This document shows positions 1 to 10,639 of a stretch of 64,000 nucleotides of DNA, piece after piece. Origin of the DNA: an uncultured Acidobacteriota bacterium (GTDB taxonomy: Bacteria; Acidobacteriota; Thermoanaerobaculia; UBA5066); contig CAVZYA010000002.1 in NCBI GenBank assembly GCA_963779415.1, forward strand, positions 1,696,001 through 1,760,000, written 5' to 3'. Position 1 is the stretch's first letter; every line of letters starts with the position of its first letter. The notes beneath the pieces were generated by a model. It was not told the origin of the DNA. It saw only the letters and a program-made list of their open reading frames with translations, and did not search any database. The translations under genes and the position numbers were made by a program.

Positions 1-528
1 CCGGCGGGGAGGAAACATCGGCCCGAGGACTGAAAAGAGACGAAGAATGACGGCGGGGAGGCCCAGCTCCCCGAGCATCCGCTCCTCCTCCAGCTTCGCG
101 CGGAGAAGCGGGTCGCTTCCGGCCTCGAGCGGCTCGTCCTCCCGGGCCGGACGCTCCGGCTTCGGGCCGGGGGCGTAGAGCGCGCCGTCGGAGAGGTGGA
201 GGAGGAGGCCGGTCCCCGCGGTGCGGGCGGCGCGGAAGAGCGGCCCCGCGCCGGGACCCGCCGGGTCGAAGAGGGCCGCGTTGACCACCGCTGCCGGGCG
301 AAGGCGGACGAAGAGGCTCTCGAGGGCGTCGAGGTCCGCGAGGTCGAGCCGCTCGACGCCCGCCCGCGGATTCTTCGAGAGACGCTCGGCCCGCCATTCC
401 TTCACCTCGGCGCCGTCGCCGGAACCGTCGAAGCGGTCGGCGGCGATGACGTCTTCCCCCGCGTCGAGAAGGGACGTCGCGATCGCGGCGCCGAGGAGGC
501 CGGCGCCGCCGGCGACGAGAACGGGCAT
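1..528 (-). CDS. NAD-dependent epimerase/dehydratase family protein (runs off window start)
   Basis: Manual translation from ATG at 528 gives MPVLVAGGAGLLGAAIA..., a Rossmann GGxGxxG motif; lies directly downstream of mlaD on the same strand. Confidence 0.75.
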   Translation of the reverse strand, partial: MPVLVAGGAGLLGAAIATSLLDAGEDVIAADRFDGSGDGAEVKEWRAERLSKNPRAGVERLDLADLDALESLFVRLRPAAVVNAALFDPAGPGAGPLFRAARTAGTGLLLHLSDGALYAPGPKPERPAREDEPLEAGSDPLLRAKLEEERMLGELGLPAVILRLFSVLGPMFPPRR

Positions 529-532
529 CCGA

Positions 533-1753
533 TCAGCCGTCCGGCGCCGTGGACGGGGCCGCCGCGGGGACGGGGGTCGGCGCCGGGAGCGGAGGCTTCG
601 CCTCTTCCGCGGCCTTCGTCTCGTTGTAGCGCTTCTCGATACCGGACTTCTGCCGGTCGCGGACGAGCCACCTCAGGAACTTCGACTCGTTGACGCCGAC
701 GAGGACGTCGTTGATCGCCTCGTAGACCGACGGGTCCGCGATGAGCCGTCCGGCCGTCCCGTCGGTCGAGTCGAGCTTCTCGGCGACGTTCGCCAGGTGC
801 TTCGAGAGCTTCTCGAGGTCGCCGAGGAACTCCTTCGAGAACCCCTCGTCGTGGACGAGCCGCGGGATCGCCCCCTTCCCCTCGGAGAGGTCCTTCGAGA
901 AGCTCGCGAGCGAGTCGGCCGTGGCCTTCACCGCGTCGACCATCGCGAAGACCTTCTTCTTCCCCTCCGGATCGGAGAGGAGGGCCGGGACGATCCCTTC
1001 GCCGCTCGTCGTCCCCTTCTCCACGGCCTGAGCGATCCGGTTGATGGAGTCGACGGTCTCGCGCAGCTCGTGGTCGACGTGCCGGGCCAGGCTCTCGTCG
1101 GTCAGGAGCTTTCCGGCGAGGCCCTTTCCTTCCCGGACCTCTTTCAGGACCAGGTTCGCCGACTCGATCGTCTCGCGCAGGGACTTTCCGAGCGCCTTCC
1201 CCTCGGGGCCGGGCGCGGTCACCTCGCCGAGGAACCCCTCGCCCTGCTCGGTCCGCCCGAGGATGTTACGGAGCGACTTCGAGATGGCGAGGACGTTCTC
1301 CACGAGGTCGCCGCCGGAGGCGAGGATCTTGTCCAGCTCGGCGCTCCGGACCGCCTGGATCTCGGAGTCCGGGGGGAGGTCCGGCTTGTCCGGGGAACCG
1401 GGGGAAAGCTCGAGGTACTTGTCGCCGAGGAGGCCGATCGTCTTGATCTCGACCTTGCTGTCGGCCTTGATGAGGTGCTGGTAACGCCGTTCGATGTCGA
1501 AGTAGACCGTCAGGTCCTGGCCCGGCTTCTTCGGGACCTCGATGTCGTGGACGGCTCCGACGACGACGCCCGTGAGCCGCACCTGGTTCCCCGCGGTGAT
1601 CCCCTGCGAGTTCGGGAAGCGGGCGAAGTAGGTCGTGCGCTTGATGAAGAAGCCGCGCTTGCCGCCGATCGTCAGGATGGCGCCCGCGAAGAGGACGAGC
1701 GCGGCGAAGATGATGATCCCGACGCGGGAACGGGTGCGGGCGTCAGCCCTCAT
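533..1753 (-). CDS. mlaD: MlaD/MCE family protein with long helical C-terminus
   Basis: N-terminal TM, MCE motifs (GI.AGNQVRLTGVVVG, IKTIGLLGDKYLELSPG), repeated GEGxxGxL segments; in operon with MlaE/F. Confidence 0.88.
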   Translation of the reverse strand: MRADARTRSRVGIIIFAALVLFAGAILTIGGKRGFFIKRTTYFARFPNSQGITAGNQVRLTGVVVGAVHDIEVPKKPGQDLTVYFDIERRYQHLIKADSKVEIKTIGLLGDKYLELSPGSPDKPDLPPDSEIQAVRSAELDKILASGGDLVENVLAISKSLRNILGRTEQGEGFLGEVTAPGPEGKALGKSLRETIESANLVLKEVREGKGLAGKLLTDESLARHVDHELRETVDSINRIAQAVEKGTTSGEGIVPALLSDPEGKKKVFAMVDAVKATADSLASFSKDLSEGKGAIPRLVHDEGFSKEFLGDLEKLSKHLANVAEKLDSTDGTAGRLIADPSVYEAINDVLVGVNESKFLRWLVRDRQKSGIEKRYNETKAAEEAKPPLPAPTPVPAAAPSTAPDG

Positions 1754-2558
1754 GCGGTATCTCCTGGGCGGCTAGGAACTCTCGCAGGTCGGCGACTTCG
1801 GAGCGCTTCGCCTCGTCGGGCGTGCCGATGAAGGCGAAGCGCCCGTTCTTCAGGAAGGCGATCCGGTCGGCGACGAAGAGCGTCGACGTGATGTCGTGGG
1901 TGACGACGACGGAGGTCGTTTTCAGGTGCTTGTTGAGGTCGACGATGAGCCGGTTGATCGTCATCGACGTCACGGGGTCGAGGCCGGTCGTGGGCTCGTC
2001 GTAGAGGAGGACGTCGGGCTTGAGCGCCACCGTCCGGGCGAGCGAGACGCGCTTCTTCATCCCGCCCGAGAGCGAGGAAGGGAGAAGCCTCGCCACGTCG
2101 CGCCCGAGGTTCACGAAGCCGAGGACCTCGTAGACCCGCTCGGCCACCTTCTCCTCGGGCATCTCGGACTTGTGCTCCCGGAGGGCGAAAGCCACGTTCT
2201 CGAAGACGGTCATCGAATCGAAGAGAGCGCCTCCCTGGAAGAGCATCCCGACCTTCCGGCGGACCGGCCCGAGCTGGTCCTCGTCGAAGAGAGAGATTTC
2301 GACGCCGTCAACGTAGACCTCGCCGCTGTCGGGGCGCGTCAGGCCGTTCATGTGGCGGAGGGAGACCGACTTGCCCGTCCCCGAGCCGCCGAGGATGACG
2401 AGAACCTCCCCCCGGTAGACTTTCAGGTCGACGTTGTCGAGGACCCGCTTCGGGCCGTAGGCCTTCGTGACCCCCCGGAACTCCAGGACCGGGAGCGTCG
2501 GGTCGCGCTCCAGGTCCTCCCGGAGCACCCGCATGACGAGAGTCTCGGAAATCGTCAA
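1743..2558 (-). CDS. mlaF: MlaF-type ABC transporter ATP-binding protein
   Basis: Walker A GGSGTGKS, LSGGMKKR signature, YDEPTTGLDP, VVVTHD; TTG start overlapping mlaE stop (alternative ATG 2534). Confidence 0.9.
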   Translation of the reverse strand: MTISETLVMRVLREDLERDPTLPVLEFRGVTKAYGPKRVLDNVDLKVYRGEVLVILGGSGTGKSVSLRHMNGLTRPDSGEVYVDGVEISLFDEDQLGPVRRKVGMLFQGGALFDSMTVFENVAFALREHKSEMPEEKVAERVYEVLGFVNLGRDVARLLPSSLSGGMKKRVSLARTVALKPDVLLYDEPTTGLDPVTSMTINRLIVDLNKHLKTTSVVVTHDITSTLFVADRIAFLKNGRFAFIGTPDEAKRSEVADLREFLAAQEIPHEG

Positions 2559-3388
2559 TTGAGCCCCCACGGCACCGAGAGGAAGATCTTCGTCAGGAAG
2601 AAGTCGGAGGCGAGGACGGAGATGGAGGCGAGGACGACGGCCGTCGTCGTGGCCCGGCCCACGCCGTCGGCCCCGCCCGTCGCGTTCAGGCCGTTGTAGC
2701 AGCCGATCATGGCGATCTCGAAGCCGAAGAAGGGGGTCTTGGCAAGGCCGTGCAGGATGTCGTTGTACCGGAGCGACTGCATCACCGTGGAGAGGTAGAA
2801 GCTCGCGCCGATGTGGATCTCGGCGACGGCGATGAAAAGTCCGCCCACCATCCCGAGGAAGTCGGTCAGAACGGTCAGGAGCGGGAGCATCAGCGTGATG
2901 GCGACGACGCGGGGGAGGACGAGCTTCCGGATCGGGGAGGCGCCGAGGGCGCGCATGGCGTCCACCTGCTCGGTCACGTTCATCGACCCGAGCTCGGCGG
3001 TGATCCCGGCGCCGCAGCGCGCCGCGACCATCAGGGACGTGAGGACCGGACCCAGCTCGCGGCAGACCGAGAGGACGACGACGCGCCCGACGAAGATCTT
3101 CCCGCCGAACTGCGAGAGGGCGTAGGCCGTCTGGAGGGCGAGGACCATCCCGGTGAAGAGTGCCGTCAGGTTGGTGATGGCGATGGACTGGACGCCGAGC
3201 GCGTCCATCTGCCGGAGGATCTCGCCGGTCTCCCACTTGAGCCGGCTCTGCCGCAGCAGCTCGGACGTCATCTGGCCGAGCCCGCCGAGGTGGAACGTGA
3301 CCCGGTCGAACCAGAGCTGGATCCGCGGGAACTTCCACCAGGGAGTCCGCGCGATCAGGATGGAGGTCGTGGAGGTTGCCGGATCCAC
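2555..3388 (-). CDS. mlaE: MlaE family ABC permease
   Basis: RELGPVLT...G..ITAELGSM.VTEQVDAM and GADGVGRATT motifs. Confidence 0.92.
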   Translation of the reverse strand: MDPATSTTSILIARTPWWKFPRIQLWFDRVTFHLGGLGQMTSELLRQSRLKWETGEILRQMDALGVQSIAITNLTALFTGMVLALQTAYALSQFGGKIFVGRVVVLSVCRELGPVLTSLMVAARCGAGITAELGSMNVTEQVDAMRALGASPIRKLVLPRVVAITLMLPLLTVLTDFLGMVGGLFIAVAEIHIGASFYLSTVMQSLRYNDILHGLAKTPFFGFEIAMIGCYNGLNATGGADGVGRATTTAVVLASISVLASDFFLTKIFLSVPWGLN

Positions 3389-3440
3389 CCGCGGATTCTA
3401 CGGGGGGCGGGCCTTTCCGCCCCCGGTAAACTCCGGGGAG

Positions 3441-4199
3441 GTGTCACGCGGCGACCGGGATCTGGCAGCGACGGTCTGGGGCTGGATCGTCATCTTCGGG
3501 GCCACCGTCGTCTTCGGGACGCTGGCGCTCCTCACGTCGTGGATCCCGCCGCGTGGGGGGCTCTTCCTCTTCTGGGCCCGTGCCTGGTCGCGCGCCCTCC
3601 TCGTCCTCTGCGGCATCCCGTTCCGGATCGAGCGCTCCGAAGGCGCCGCCACGGCGCCGCAAGCCGTCTTCATGTCGAACCACGAGTCGCTCGTCGACAT
3701 TCCGCTCCTCTTCGTCGGGATCACGCAGAGCGTCCGGGTCCTCGCGAAGCGCTCGCTCTTCTTCGTGCCGTTTCTCGGATGGTCGATGTGGCTGGCCGGG
3801 TTCGTCCCCGTCGACCGGCGGCGGACCGAGAAGGCCGCCGACGTCTTCCTCGCCCTCGAGAGGCGTGTGAAGGCCGGGAACTCGATTCTCGTTTTTCCCG
3901 AAGGGACCCGATCCCGCTCCGGCGAGCTTCAGTCTTTCAAGAAGTCGGGTTTCCTCCTCGCGATCCGGATGGGCCTGCCCATCGTGCCGGTCGCCGTCTC
4001 CGGAGCGCGGGAGGTCGTGGGGGCCGACTCGCTCTGGATCCGTCGCGTCCCTGCCGTCATCCGGTTCGGCGAACCGATTCCGACGGCCTCCTTTTCGCTC
4101 TCCGACCAGAAGGCGCTCATGGAGCGGGTGCGGGCGGAGATCCTGCGCCTGCGCCTCTCCGGGCCGCCGGCTCCGGAGAGAGGGGCGGATCGCGGATAA
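3441..4199 (+). CDS. plsC: 1-acyl-sn-glycerol-3-phosphate acyltransferase
   Basis: NHESLVD (NHxxxxD) and FPEGTRS motifs; GTG start after GGGGAG. Confidence 0.85.
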   Translation: MSRGDRDLAATVWGWIVIFGATVVFGTLALLTSWIPPRGGLFLFWARAWSRALLVLCGIPFRIERSEGAATAPQAVFMSNHESLVDIPLLFVGITQSVRVLAKRSLFFVPFLGWSMWLAGFVPVDRRRTEKAADVFLALERRVKAGNSILVFPEGTRSRSGELQSFKKSGFLLAIRMGLPIVPVAVSGAREVVGADSLWIRRVPAVIRFGEPIPTASFSLSDQKALMERVRAEILRLRLSGPPAPERGADRG

Positions 4200-4222
4200 T
4201 CCACGCGGCAGGAGGTGGCGGG

Positions 4223-5347
4223 ATGTCCGGAGCGGAGATACTCGCCCGGGCCCGACTCGAGAAGCTGTTCGCACCGGCGGGGATCGGGCTGGACGGAAGC
4301 GCGCCTCACGACTTCCGCGTCCACGACGAACGCGTGTTTACGCGCGTCCTTTCGGGCGGTTCCCTCGCCCTCGGCGAGAGCTACATGGACGGCTGGTGGA
4401 GCTGCGAGCGGCTCGACGCGTTCTTCGCCCGCGTCCTCGCCGCTGGCCTCGACCGGACGGCGGAGCCGGCGGCGAGCGGGGTGCGGAGGCTCGGGGCCCT
4501 TCTCTTCCCGCTCGGGCGCCGGTCGAAAGCTTTCGTCATCGGCGAGCGCCACTACGACCTCGGCAACGAACTGTTCGAGGCGATGCTCGACCGCCGGATG
4601 ATCTACTCCTGCGCCTACTGGGACCGGGCGGCGACGCTCGACGAGGCGCAGGAGCGGAAGCTCGATCTCGTCTGCCGGAAGCTGAGACTCGAGAAGGGCC
4701 AGCGCCTCCTCGACATCGGCTGCGGATGGGGCGGCCTCGCGCGCTTCGCCGCCGAGCGGTACGGAGTCTCCGTCGTCGGGATCACCGTCTCGAAGGAGCA
4801 GGCGGCCTTCGGGGCCGAGCACGTGCGCGGCCTCCCGGTCGATATCCGTCTGGAGGACTACCGGGATCTCACGGGGAACTTCGACGCCGTCGCCTCGCTC
4901 GGGATGTTCGAGCACGTCGGCCCGCGCCACCACCGCACCTTCTTGGAGGTCGTCCGGCGGTGCCTCGGTGAAAACGGGCTCTTCCTGCTGCACACCATCG
5001 GGAATCTCGAGACGACGCCTGACCCCGACCCATGGATCCTGAAGTACATCTTTCCCGAGAGCCACGTCCCTTCTCTGGCGCAGATCGTCCGCGCCGCCGA
5101 AGGCCTGTTTCTCGTCGAGGACGTCCACAACTTCGGGGCCTTCTACGACCCGACGCTCATGGCGTGGCACGCCAACGTCGAGGCTCGCCGCTCCTCGCTC
5201 CCGGCCCGGTACGACGAGCGCTTCTTCCGGATGTGGCGCTACTACCTTCTCTCCTGCGCCGGCTCCTTCCGGGCGCGGCACGACCAGCTCTTCCAGGTCG
5301 TCCTCTCGCCCCGCGGCGTCCCCGGCGGGTTCACGCCGGTCCGCTGA
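4223..5347 (+). CDS. cfa: Cyclopropane-fatty-acyl-phospholipid synthase
   Basis: LGESYMDGWW, HYDLGN, YSCAYW, LDIGCGWG, MFEHVG, RMWRYYL motifs; GGAGG RBS. Confidence 0.93.
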   Translation: MSGAEILARARLEKLFAPAGIGLDGSAPHDFRVHDERVFTRVLSGGSLALGESYMDGWWSCERLDAFFARVLAAGLDRTAEPAASGVRRLGALLFPLGRRSKAFVIGERHYDLGNELFEAMLDRRMIYSCAYWDRAATLDEAQERKLDLVCRKLRLEKGQRLLDIGCGWGGLARFAAERYGVSVVGITVSKEQAAFGAEHVRGLPVDIRLEDYRDLTGNFDAVASLGMFEHVGPRHHRTFLEVVRRCLGENGLFLLHTIGNLETTPDPDPWILKYIFPESHVPSLAQIVRAAEGLFLVEDVHNFGAFYDPTLMAWHANVEARRSSLPARYDERFFRMWRYYLLSCAGSFRARHDQLFQVVLSPRGVPGGFTPVR

Positions 5348-5396
5348 GGCCGCTCGCCGCGCCATCTGTGCGACGATCCCCGGCGGAGGAGCCTGC

Positions 5397-6458
5397 GTGG
5401 TGATGGAGAAGCTGACGGCAGAGACGGCCCTCGAGGCGTTGAAGGGGGTCAAGTACCCCGGTTTTTCCCGCGACATCGTGTCGTTCGGGTTCGTGAGGGA
5501 ACTGGCGGTGGGGGGCGGCAACGTCTCCTTCCGGCTCGCCCTGACGGCCGACGCGCCCGCCGTGGCCGAGCAGATCCGGTCCGAGTGCGACGCGGTCCTC
5601 CGGAATCTTCCGGGCGTCACGAGCGTGACGATCTCCGTCGTGCCGGCGCCGCCGCGGCCGGCGGTCGTCGCGGGGGGCGCCGAGGCCGCCCCGAACGTCC
5701 TTCCCCAGACGCGCTTCACGGTCGCCGTCGCGTCCGGGAAGGGGGGCGTCGGGAAATCGACCGTCGCTGCGAACCTCGCCATCGCCCTCGCGAAAAAGGG
5801 GTACGAGGTGGGCCTTCTCGACTGCGACATCTACGGGCCCTCGCAGCAGATGATGATGGGAATCACGACGAGGCCCTTCGTCAACGAGGAGGAGAAGATC
5901 CTCCCGATCGCCAAGCACGGCGTTCGCGTCATGTCGATCGGCTTTCTGATGGACGTCGACACGCCCGTCATCTGGCGCGGGCCGATGATCTACAAGGCGA
6001 TCGAGCAGTTTCTCGGCGACGTGGCGTGGGGGAAACAGGACTTTCTCGTCATCGACCTGCCTCCCGGGACGGGCGACGCCCAGCTCACGCTGACGCAGAA
6101 GGTGGCGCTCTCCGGCGCGGTGATCGTGACGACGCCCCAGGACGTGGCGCTCATCGACGCGCGGAAGGGGCTCGCGATGTTCCAGAAGGTGAACGTCGAC
6201 GTCCTCGGCGTCGTCGAGAACATGAGCTACTACGAGTGCCCGAAGTGCGGGCATCGCGAGGAGATCTTCAAGCACGGCGGTGGGAAGGCGACGGCCGAGG
6301 GCCTCGGCGTTCCCTTCCTCGGAGAGATCCCGCTCGACCCGCGCGTCGCCGTTCAGGGGGACGCGGGAACCCCCATCGTCGCGGCCGAGCCCGACTCCGT
6401 CGTCGCGAAGGCCTTTTTCCGCCTCGCCGATCAGGTCGCGAAGGCCGTCGGGGCGTGA
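5397..6458 (+). CDS. mrp: Mrp/NBP35 (ApbC) Fe-S cluster carrier ATPase
   Basis: ASGKGGVGKST, DLPPGTGD, ENMS, CPKC motifs; N-terminal DUF59-like segment. Confidence 0.92.
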   Translation: MVMEKLTAETALEALKGVKYPGFSRDIVSFGFVRELAVGGGNVSFRLALTADAPAVAEQIRSECDAVLRNLPGVTSVTISVVPAPPRPAVVAGGAEAAPNVLPQTRFTVAVASGKGGVGKSTVAANLAIALAKKGYEVGLLDCDIYGPSQQMMMGITTRPFVNEEEKILPIAKHGVRVMSIGFLMDVDTPVIWRGPMIYKAIEQFLGDVAWGKQDFLVIDLPPGTGDAQLTLTQKVALSGAVIVTTPQDVALIDARKGLAMFQKVNVDVLGVVENMSYYECPKCGHREEIFKHGGGKATAEGLGVPFLGEIPLDPRVAVQGDAGTPIVAAEPDSVVAKAFFRLADQVAKAVGA

Positions 6459-6477
6459 GGGGGCGACTCCGGAGGAG

Positions 6478-7002
6478 TCACCTCACGCGTTGAAAGGGCC
6501 CGCCGAGATCAAACCGCCGTAGGGAATGTCCTGCCGGCGCAGGGTGCGGCTGGGGGAACGGCGGCGACCACGGGCGAGAGGCTCGCCGCGGCCCGGATCT
6601 CCTGACGGCGGGATGCGAGGCGGAACGCTGGCGGTGTCCGCTTCGTCCCGGATATCCCCCGTACCACGCCGGGACATCCATCGGCACGTAAGCCGAAGGC
6701 GGCTCGTCGACGGCCTCCGGCCCGGCCTCCGGTTCGGTCGCCGTTTCCTCCGTTTCCCGTTCGACCGGCGGAACGTACCTGCTCGAGCTTCGGGGCACGG
6801 TCGTCTCGACCGCCGAGAACCCGCCGACGGCCTTCCGGCCCTCCTTGCGTTCCCGCGCGACGTCCGACAAGGTGCGGGGCTCCGTGCTGACCGGAGCGCC
6901 GCCTTCGCCCGTGAAGTTCAGTTCGACCACGGGCGGCGGAACCGCATCGATCACCGCGAGGAGTGCAAGGGCCATCAGCATGATCGGTCCCTTCCCGACC
7001 AC
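6478..7002 (-). CDS. Hypothetical exported protein
   Basis: ORF with hydrophobic signal-like N-terminus and low-complexity C-terminus; fills the gap between mrp and the helicase. Confidence 0.45.
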   Translation of the reverse strand: MVGKGPIMLMALALLAVIDAVPPPVVELNFTGEGGAPVSTEPRTLSDVARERKEGRKAVGGFSAVETTVPRSSSRYVPPVERETEETATEPEAGPEAVDEPPSAYVPMDVPAWYGGYPGRSGHRQRSASHPAVRRSGPRRASRPWSPPFPQPHPAPAGHSLRRFDLGGPFQRVR

Positions 7003-7053
7003 CTAGGATAGAACACCGTGCCCTTCGCGGCCGGAGCGCCCGCCGGCGGCGCC

Positions 7054-9648
7054 TCACGTCCCGATCCGCTCGATCCTGAGGATGGGGCCGTCCGGCGCCG
7101 CCGAGTCCCGGAGGTCGATTCCGGCGAAGATGGCCCACGTCTGATCGCCCTTCGGATCGAGGAGAGTCTGGGTGACCTCCCAGCGGCGCGGGCCCGCGGG
7201 TCTCAGATTCGTCCAGTGGTGGAGCCGCGCCTCGGTCCCCGAGACGAGCTCGCCGTACTCGTCGAAGAACGGGGTCATGGCGCTCTCGAAGCGCTCCGCG
7301 TCCCAGCGGATCCCGGCATCCTCCGCCGCCTCGTCAGTCTCCGGACTCTGCCAGACGCGCTCGGCCGCCTCTTCCCAGTCCCTCGCCGCGAGGGCGCGGA
7401 CGAGGAGATGCATCTCCGCCCGCACCCTTGCCGCGAAGACTTTCGGATTCGAGAGAAGCTCCGTGAGCCACGCGGCTTCCTTCCTGGCCTCCGGCTGGCG
7501 GGCCTCCGTCAGCAGAAGCTCCGGATGGCGAAGGCTCTCCCATTCCTCGAGGAGGCTCGCGTCCGTCTCGCCGACGAGCGACCGGAAGAACCCGAGCGCA
7601 TCCCAGAGCTCGTCGGTCTTCGCGCCTTCGGGGACCGTCTGGTCCAGGGTCTTGTAGAGCTGCGAGAGGTATCGGAGGAGAACGCCCTCGCTTCTCTCCA
7701 GGCCGTAGATCTTCACGTAGTCGGCAAAGCCGCTGAATGTCTCGAACATCTCGCGTCCGATCGATTTCGGGCTCACGTCCGACCCCGCAGTCCAGGGGTG
7801 CGCAGCGCGGAAATCGTTGAAGGCGCCGTAAAGGAAGTCGGCCAGCGGTTTCGGGTGGGTCACCTCCTCGAGGCGCTCCATCCGCTCCTCGTAAGGAACC
7901 CCCTCGGCTTTCAGCTCCGCGATGAGCTTTCCTTTGGCCCGGTCCACCTGTCTCCTCAGGATCACGTCCGGATCCTCGAGGATCGACTCCACGACGCTGA
8001 TGGCGTCCACCGCGTATGTCGGCGAGGCCGGATCCAGCTCCTCGAGGGCGGCCCACGCGAAGAGCGAGAGGGCCTGGTGCAGGGAGAAGTCCCACTGGAG
8101 GTCCTTCGCCACGGCGACCCGATAAGGCCTCTCGCCCGCGAGGCCGATGATCTTCGCCCGGTAGAGCGACCGGACGAGCAGGGCCGCGTGCTTCACGAGG
8201 CGCGGCTTCGCGGCGTCTTCCTCGTGGCACCGCGCGATGAGAGAGCGCAACGACGAAAAGTTCCGGAATCCCGAGCGCCCCCCGACCATTTCGTCGCGCT
8301 GGAGGAGATCCAGCACCATCCCGTGGGTCAGCCGGAACCGTGACTTCATGGTCTCCGGTGGGCGCGAGATCAGCTTCCGGAACGTCTCGATGGTCCAGGA
8401 GACCTCGCCTTTGGCGGGGCCCTTGAACGTCCGGGAGGTCTTCTTCCCCGAGGCGTCCGCCTTCTTTTCCGCCTGCCTCTTGTCGACGATGTGCTCGGGC
8501 GCCTGAGCGACGACGCTCCCGCGGTCGTCGAACCCGCGGCGCCCGGCGCGTCCCGAGATCTGCTTGAACTCGCGGACGGAGAGGAGCCCCACCTTCGTCC
8601 CGTCGAACTTCGCGAGCTTCGTGAAGAGGACGGTGCGGATCGGGATGTTCACGCCGACGCCCAGCGTGTCGGTGCCGCAGATGACGTGAAGGAGCCCCTT
8701 TTGCGCGAGCTGCTCGACGAGGAGGCGGTACTTCGGCAGGAGGCCGGCGTGGTGGACCCCGATTCCGAACGAGAGGAATCTCCGGAACTCCTTGCCGTAG
8801 GGGGTCGCGAGACGCCTTTCTCCCACGATCTTCCGGATCTCGTCCCGCTCCTCCTTGCTCCCGATCTTCACGCTCGTGAGCGACTGCGCCAGCTCCGCGC
8901 ACTCCCTCTGCGTGAAGTTCACAACGTAGACGGGGCTCTTCCTCTGCGCGAGGAGGTCCTCGATCGTCTCGTGGAGCGGCGTCTCGCGGTACTCGTAGTC
9001 GAGCGGGACGGGGCGGTTCTCGGAGGTGACGGTCGCGACTTCACGCCCCGTGAAGGCCGTGAGGCGCTCGGCGATCTCGCTCGTCTCTCCGAGCGTCGCC
9101 GACATGAGTAGGAACTGCGTCCTCGGCAGGACGAGGAGCGGCACCTGCCAGGCCACGCCGCGCTCCTTGTCCCCGTAATAGTGGAACTCGTCCATCACGA
9201 CATAGGGGGCCGCGAGCTCCTCCCCGAGCCGGAGCGCCATGTTCGAGAGGACCTCCGCCGTGCAGCAGACGACGCCCGCCTCCGCGTTGATGCTCGCGTC
9301 GCCGGTCAGCATCCCGACGTTCTCGGGGCCGAACTCCCCGCAGAGAGAGAAGAACTTCTCGCTCGCGAGGGCCTTGATCGGGCTCGTGTAGAACGACTCC
9401 CGTCCCTCGCAGAGCGCCTTGAAGTGGAGGCCCAGGGCCACGAGTGACTTTCCGGAGCCCGTCGGCGTCGCGAGGACGACGTGCTTTCCGGCCATGATCT
9501 CGAGCAGCGCCTCCTCCTGGGCGGGGTAGAGCATCAGGCCGGTGTCGGAGACCCAGTCGAGGAAGAGCCCCAGGATCTCGTCGGCGTCTGTCGTCCCCGA
9601 GGGCGGGACCCGGTCCGCAAGCGGAGCGATCGTCGGCATCCGGGGCAT
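7054..9648 (-). CDS. Ski2/HelY-like DExH-box helicase with DUF3516-like C-terminus
   Basis: TPTGSGKS, SPIKAL, DEFH, MSAT, HHAGLL, QISGRAGRRG motifs. Confidence 0.9.
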   Translation of the reverse strand: MPRMPTIAPLADRVPPSGTTDADEILGLFLDWVSDTGLMLYPAQEEALLEIMAGKHVVLATPTGSGKSLVALGLHFKALCEGRESFYTSPIKALASEKFFSLCGEFGPENVGMLTGDASINAEAGVVCCTAEVLSNMALRLGEELAAPYVVMDEFHYYGDKERGVAWQVPLLVLPRTQFLLMSATLGETSEIAERLTAFTGREVATVTSENRPVPLDYEYRETPLHETIEDLLAQRKSPVYVVNFTQRECAELAQSLTSVKIGSKEERDEIRKIVGERRLATPYGKEFRRFLSFGIGVHHAGLLPKYRLLVEQLAQKGLLHVICGTDTLGVGVNIPIRTVLFTKLAKFDGTKVGLLSVREFKQISGRAGRRGFDDRGSVVAQAPEHIVDKRQAEKKADASGKKTSRTFKGPAKGEVSWTIETFRKLISRPPETMKSRFRLTHGMVLDLLQRDEMVGGRSGFRNFSSLRSLIARCHEEDAAKPRLVKHAALLVRSLYRAKIIGLAGERPYRVAVAKDLQWDFSLHQALSLFAWAALEELDPASPTYAVDAISVVESILEDPDVILRRQVDRAKGKLIAELKAEGVPYEERMERLEEVTHPKPLADFLYGAFNDFRAAHPWTAGSDVSPKSIGREMFETFSGFADYVKIYGLERSEGVLLRYLSQLYKTLDQTVPEGAKTDELWDALGFFRSLVGETDASLLEEWESLRHPELLLTEARQPEARKEAAWLTELLSNPKVFAARVRAEMHLLVRALAARDWEEAAERVWQSPETDEAAEDAGIRWDAERFESAMTPFFDEYGELVSGTEARLHHWTNLRPAGPRRWEVTQTLLDPKGDQTWAIFAGIDLRDSAAPDGPILRIERIGT

Positions 9649-9733
9649 TGTTCCATGCGGACGCGTGACCCCGATTTCGCCTGCTGCGGGCGCCGGCTCC
9701 GATACACTCGATCGGCGGACGCGAGCGAATCGG

Positions 9734-10615
9734 ATGGGACAGCCCTACTGGAACGACATCTCCCATCACATCGGTTCACCGATCGAAGAGGCCTTCTGGC
9801 TCAGCCACCCGCTCGTCCGCGAACGGGTCTACCGGCGTGTCTCCGGCGACGGAAACACGTCGCCTACGGATTGGTTACGGCAGAAGATCACCCCCCGGCT
9901 CCCGTTGGAGCGGTGTCTCAGCATCGGATGCGGGACCGGTCATCTCGAGCGTGACCTCGTATGGAAAAGGATCGCCTCCCGAATCGTCGGAATAGACGTC
10001 GTCGACGAACCGCTCGATTACGCGCGCCAGGAGACCGCGCGGGTGGGGCTCACCCCGTCGCAGGTCGACTTCGTCAAGGCCGAAGCGAGGGAATTCCTGC
10101 CGACGCAGTCGAATCTGGACGCGATCTTCTTTCTCGGTTCGCTCCACCACTTCGACCGGCTCGATGACCTCATGACCCGCGTCTCCGCGGCACTTCGCCT
10201 CGGTGGCCTGCTCTACGTCGACGAGTATCTCGGTCCATCGATGCACGAATGGAACTGGCGGTCGCTCTTTCTGGCCAACCTGTTCCACAACCTCCTGTCC
10301 TGGAATGTCCGGCGCGTGGGTCTCGTTCGCGCACCCCGGAACCCGGACGACCCGACCGAGATGATCTGTTCGAGCGAGATCCGTCAGGCGATCCAGAGGC
10401 ATTTCCGCGTCGAATCGACTCGCGACTATGGCGGGAACCTCGTCTCCCTCATCTACCCCAATCTCCGGAGGCCGTCGCCGGAGAGGTCGCGGCCGACGCG
10501 TCAGCAGTTCGATCGGGCCGTGCGGTTTCTTCTCGATTGCGAAGAGCTTCTCCTGCGCTACGGCCGCTTCGTCGGCGTCCAGTCGTTCCATTCGGTCATC
10601 CTCGCGACGCCGTGA
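9734..10615 (+). CDS. Class I SAM-dependent methyltransferase
   Basis: LSIGCGTG motif I, SLHH, GGLLYVDEY; start taken at MGQPYWN. Confidence 0.8.
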   Translation: MGQPYWNDISHHIGSPIEEAFWLSHPLVRERVYRRVSGDGNTSPTDWLRQKITPRLPLERCLSIGCGTGHLERDLVWKRIASRIVGIDVVDEPLDYARQETARVGLTPSQVDFVKAEAREFLPTQSNLDAIFFLGSLHHFDRLDDLMTRVSAALRLGGLLYVDEYLGPSMHEWNWRSLFLANLFHNLLSWNVRRVGLVRAPRNPDDPTEMICSSEIRQAIQRHFRVESTRDYGGNLVSLIYPNLRRPSPERSRPTRQQFDRAVRFLLDCEELLLRYGRFVGVQSFHSVILATP

Positions 10616-10639
10616 GGCTTCCCAACCGGGAGGATGGCC